Assembly (NCBI GenBank): GCA_964016885.1
Contig: OZ024740.1
Coordinates: 266,910,001-266,974,000 of the forward strand
Direction: 5' to 3'
DNA: 64,000 nt
Origin: Eledone cirrhosa
Lineage: Eukaryota
The translations under genes were made by a program, and so were the position numbers. Positions 61,020 through 64,000 of the stretch are shown here, in pieces. Numbering within the stretch: the first letter of the stretch is position 1; every line of letters begins with the position of its first letter. The notes beneath the pieces are model-generated. The model did no database searches. It worked only from the letters and a program-made list of their open reading frames with translations, and had not been told where the DNA came from.

Positions 61020-62215
61020 ATTTCCCCCTCGTCCCTCTGCATATGAAAGTCTGCTGTCCAGGTCGTTTGTCTACGACTCCGTTGCGATCTTCGTAGCATT
61101 GGGGCAGGGCTCTGGGTTTCCACCTCATCTTGGGTTTCCTCTTCCTCGGAGTCCGTCGACACAGTGATTCTTCTTACATCTAGGACATGACGTGGTACCC
61201 CGTCCACGGACACATTGTTCTTTGAATTTACGGCCGTCACCGTTCCCCTTCCCCATTGAGATGTGCAACGTGCATCTGGCGGCTTAACCCAGACTTCTTC
61301 GCCCACCTGCACGAATGCACTCTCTCTCCCCACTGGCCGTTGTGGTGGCGAGCACGGGTGCCGCCACTCGTATTTGAATACTGCTCTGTCTGGCACCGAT
61401 TCCTTGACCTGTCCAACCCGAGGGGACATATTGTACCAGAACACTGCCTCCATTGGTGAGATATGGCCCCGCTCCGCCATTGCCTTGATCGTCCGGTGGT
61501 GTCGCTCCACGATTCCATTCCCGCTCGGCCTGTGCGCTGCTCTGAAGAAACGGTCCACCTTCCATCCATCGAGCATCTCCCTCAGTGCCTCCGAGCGGAA
61601 CGCTGCGCTGTTGTCCATCAGCAATTCGTCCACAGGGCCCCGCTCCAAGAACACCTCTCTCAACGTCCGCACGATTTCCTCGGCCGTTCCAGTCTTCATC
61701 TCCCTCCATATCGCCATTCGACCTGGTCCACAGTCGACCATCGAGAGGTACGTTCCCTGCCGGTAGTGCGTCACATCCACCGCTAATCGCTTCCAGTCGC
61801 GATCCACCGGGAGGCTTCCCGTTTCGTGTACACCCGGGGCGGGATCAATGGACTGACATCGGACGCAGCCTCTAACCACCACCCGAACACTGTGTCTGCT
61901 AACGTCCGAGTCGATTCTCCTGGCTAGGAACAGGCTCCTATCCACCCCCATGTGGTGCATGTCATGCAACCCCTTCAGGTCTAACTCGGTCAGCCGACAC
62001 ACGGCAGCTATCTCATCCTCTACCTCCTCCGGCGCTTCCATCCAGGCTTTCTTCACTCTAGTTAAGATGTCCGCCCTATTTTTCTCTGGGGGCACGAACA
62101 CTACGCTCAGCTTCAGGTCGAACTCGGTGGCCAGCTCTCCTAACGTTCCCATGCGGCGCTTTATCAGCATCTCCGCCGCGCCTCTCGTTCGCACTCTCTT
62201 CTCACTGGTGAGCAC
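61010..62215 (-). CDS. Gypsy integrase
   Basis: HHCC (HDMHHMG...CVRC), DDE core (AVDVT, MDNSAAF, GNGIVER), GPY/F-like C terminus. Confidence 0.92.
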   Translation of the reverse strand: MLTSEKRVRTRGAAEMLIKRRMGTLGELATEFDLKLSVVFVPPEKNRADILTRVKKAWMEAPEEVEDEIAAVCRLTELDLKGLHDMHHMGVDRSLFLARRIDSDVSRHSVRVVVRGCVRCQSIDPAPGVHETGSLPVDRDWKRLAVDVTHYRQGTYLSMVDCGPGRMAIWREMKTGTAEEIVRTLREVFLERGPVDELLMDNSAAFRSEALREMLDGWKVDRFFRAAHRPSGNGIVERHHRTIKAMAERGHISPMEAVFWYNMSPRVGQVKESVPDRAVFKYEWRHPCSPPQRPVGRESAFVQVGEEVWVKPPDARCTSQWGRGTVTAVNSKNNVSVDGVPRHVLDVRRITVSTDSEEEETQDEVETQSPAPMLRRSQRSRRQTTWTADFHMQRDEGEIDP

Positions 62216-62220
62216 TGATC

Positions 62221-63345
62221 TTACCCATCCGAGTACAGTAGCCGAGTCGGTGCGTATCTAGATGGTGCGCAGCCCCACCGCAGGGCGAGGTTCACCCTTC
62301 TCAACACCGCGTCCAGCTCGGCCACATTGATGTGGCTGCAGTCGTCCTTCTTTCTAAGCCAGGCTGCATCCTCGACCTCAACACCTCCTATCTCCAACGT
62401 GACACCCAGCGCTATGCTGCTGGCATCGCACCATACGGTCCCGCTCTGTGATTTGGGAACGTACCAGCGCCCCCGCACTGGGTCGTCGGCCTTCTCCCTC
62501 CCCACGATCTCCTGCATCAGGGCCACCGTCCTCTCTCCCACTCTGTCACTCCAAGTCACCCCTCCCGCTCGTCTCTTGACATAGCTGCATGCCGTCCGGA
62601 GCCACCCAGCGATCGGGTAGTGACCCACCAGCTTTCCACACACCGAGAAAAGCTCCCGCCTATTCATACTTGGGCCCAGTTCCGGAACTTCGTTTCCCCT
62701 CTGGAACACCAAAACGCCCGTCTTGTCTCGCCGTAGCCTAAGTCCCAGCGCGGCTCCTCCCTCCAATGCTTCTGATGGCTTCGCAGTCAGTCCGTACCTC
62801 CGCAAATGGCTCGTGACCTCCGCCGTCGACACCACCGACTCGTCCACTAGGATGTCGTCAATATAGGAGTTAGTAGCCCACTTTATCTTGTCGGCCCTCC
62901 CCAGAGCGGTCTTGAGGACCGCCGCCATGATCTTCGGTGCGGAGCTCAGCCCGAAACCGAGCCTGGTCAGGCAATATGTCCGGCCCTTATACCTGACCAG
63001 CTGATACCGCCAGAGCTTCTCATCTATATGCAACTGCAAGTAAGCCGACTTTAGATCCACGATCGCTGAACCCCCCGTCATGCGTCTCCACTCACGCAGG
63101 ATTTCCCCACAGACATCCGTGACCTCGCCGCCCGTGTGGCATGACACGTGCTCGTTCAGCTCCCGATAGTCCAGCACCGGCCTCACCTTGCTCTTCGTGG
63201 GTTGCACCACCGCCATCAACGGCAATACTCCGCACTTCACCTCCTCCTTCCAGGGAAGCAGTATGCCCTCTTCGATCCATCTCTCTACTTCTCGCTCGAA
63301 CTCGCTCCTAGCGTTTCCCTTCAATGTGTGTTGATAGCAGCCCAC
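62221..63345 (-). CDS. Gypsy reverse transcriptase + RNase H (frameshifted at both ends)
   Basis: RPVLDYRELN, VDLKSAY, LGFGL, YIDD, WCDASS, HINVAEL. Confidence 0.92.
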   Translation of the reverse strand: MGCYQHTLKGNARSEFEREVERWIEEGILLPWKEEVKCGVLPLMAVVQPTKSKVRPVLDYRELNEHVSCHTGGEVTDVCGEILREWRRMTGGSAIVDLKSAYLQLHIDEKLWRYQLVRYKGRTYCLTRLGFGLSSAPKIMAAVLKTALGRADKIKWATNSYIDDILVDESVVSTAEVTSHLRRYGLTAKPSEALEGGAALGLRLRRDKTGVLVFQRGNEVPELGPSMNRRELFSVCGKLVGHYPIAGWLRTACSYVKRRAGGVTWSDRVGERTVALMQEIVGREKADDPVRGRWYVPKSQSGTVWCDASSIALGVTLEIGGVEVEDAAWLRKKDDCSHINVAELDAVLRRVNLALRWGCAPSRYAPTRLLYSDG

Positions 63346-63478
63346 TTTGGTCTTCAGTGTTCGTGGTTCTCCCTTCCAGTACCACTCAACAACCCATCGC
63401 TGCCCATCAAATACGGTCTTGAAGTCTTTGTCTTATACAGTGTAAGCGGGATATTCCTCCTCGTGGGCCTTCTGGTTC

Positions 63479-64000
63479 TCATGACGTACTCACAGCGCAT
63501 ACCGATGCAGCGGCGCCAAACGACACACCGACATTGTTCACCGTGACGCCCCCTAGACGGCCAATCGCGTCCATGCCCATAACCACGCCGATCCCATCCA
63601 CCACATTGTCTACCACGATGGCGGAAAGCCTTATCCTCCTTCCCTGTACCGCTATTTCCATCTCGCTGCGATCTCGGCATTCAATTTTCCTGCCGTCGAC
63701 TGCCCTTACGCTGCTCTTCCCTCCCCACCTCTGCGCCACCCCCGCGGTCACCAGTGTCGTCGTACAGCCCGTATCCACGAGGGCTCGCTGTGGCTTCCCC
63801 CTCGCGAAGACTTCCACCACGGGCAGCGCCGCTACTCGTAAGGGGAAACTACCGGCGCAGTAGTTCCCCTTGGATCGTTTCCCTGGTCGCAGTTAGTAGC
63901 GATGTGGCCTGGTCGCTTACACCGGTAGCAAATTATCTCCGGCTTCGACTCTCTACAGTCTCTAGCCATGTGCGGGCCCTGGCACCGAAAACAGCGCCCC
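63479..64000 (-). CDS. Gypsy gag zinc knuckles and aspartic protease (partial, frame change between them)
   Basis: CFRCQGPHMARDC and CYRCKRPGHIATNC at ~63890-63995; ALVDTGC...MGMD in 63479-63820. Confidence 0.88.

Larger units (their letters stand above)
60694..64000 (-). mobile_element. Ty3/Gypsy LTR retrotransposon (5' part beyond the window)
   Basis: Domain order gag knuckles-PR-RT-RH-IN; PPT at 61021-61039; 3' LTR ~60694-61019 with TG...CA ends; interrupts the tRNA array. Confidence 0.92.

Overview
AT-rich, microsatellite-dense eukaryotic DNA. It is most likely from an octopod cephalopod, inferred from an abundant tRNA-derived SINE resembling octopus OR/OK/Meta-type SINEs. The only host gene I can support is a + strand SLC6 GABA-transporter (GAT1-like) gene with four GT-AG exons (32183-32314, 33512-33839, 34087-34219, 42129-42263). 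Its first and later exons are not seen, so most of the window is probably intronic. Three structures dominate. (1) From 9.5 to 32 kb there is a chain of non-LTR retroelements joined end to end by (ATT)n tracts: three full-length Tx1-clade LINEs (one with an intact 1139-aa ORF2), three R4/Dong-type RLE fragments with 3' ends on the - strand (one with a 5'-inverted layout), and SINEs whose 3' end matches the Tx1 3' end. (2) Penelope-like material is scattered, mostly in (TA)n tracts: a Naiad-like PLE, several type I hammerhead ribozyme motifs, foldback fragments and a circularly permuted tandem dimer. (3) From 45.3 to 60.7 kb there is a tandem array of head-to-head tRNA-Val pairs. One Val(TAC)-type body carries TAC, CAC, AAC and once CGC anticodons, all with a T rather than A discriminator. 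The array is interrupted by a Gypsy LTR element that runs off the window. Non-autonomous Helitrons and hAT MITEs are also present. All family assignments come from motif recognition by eye; no database search was run.
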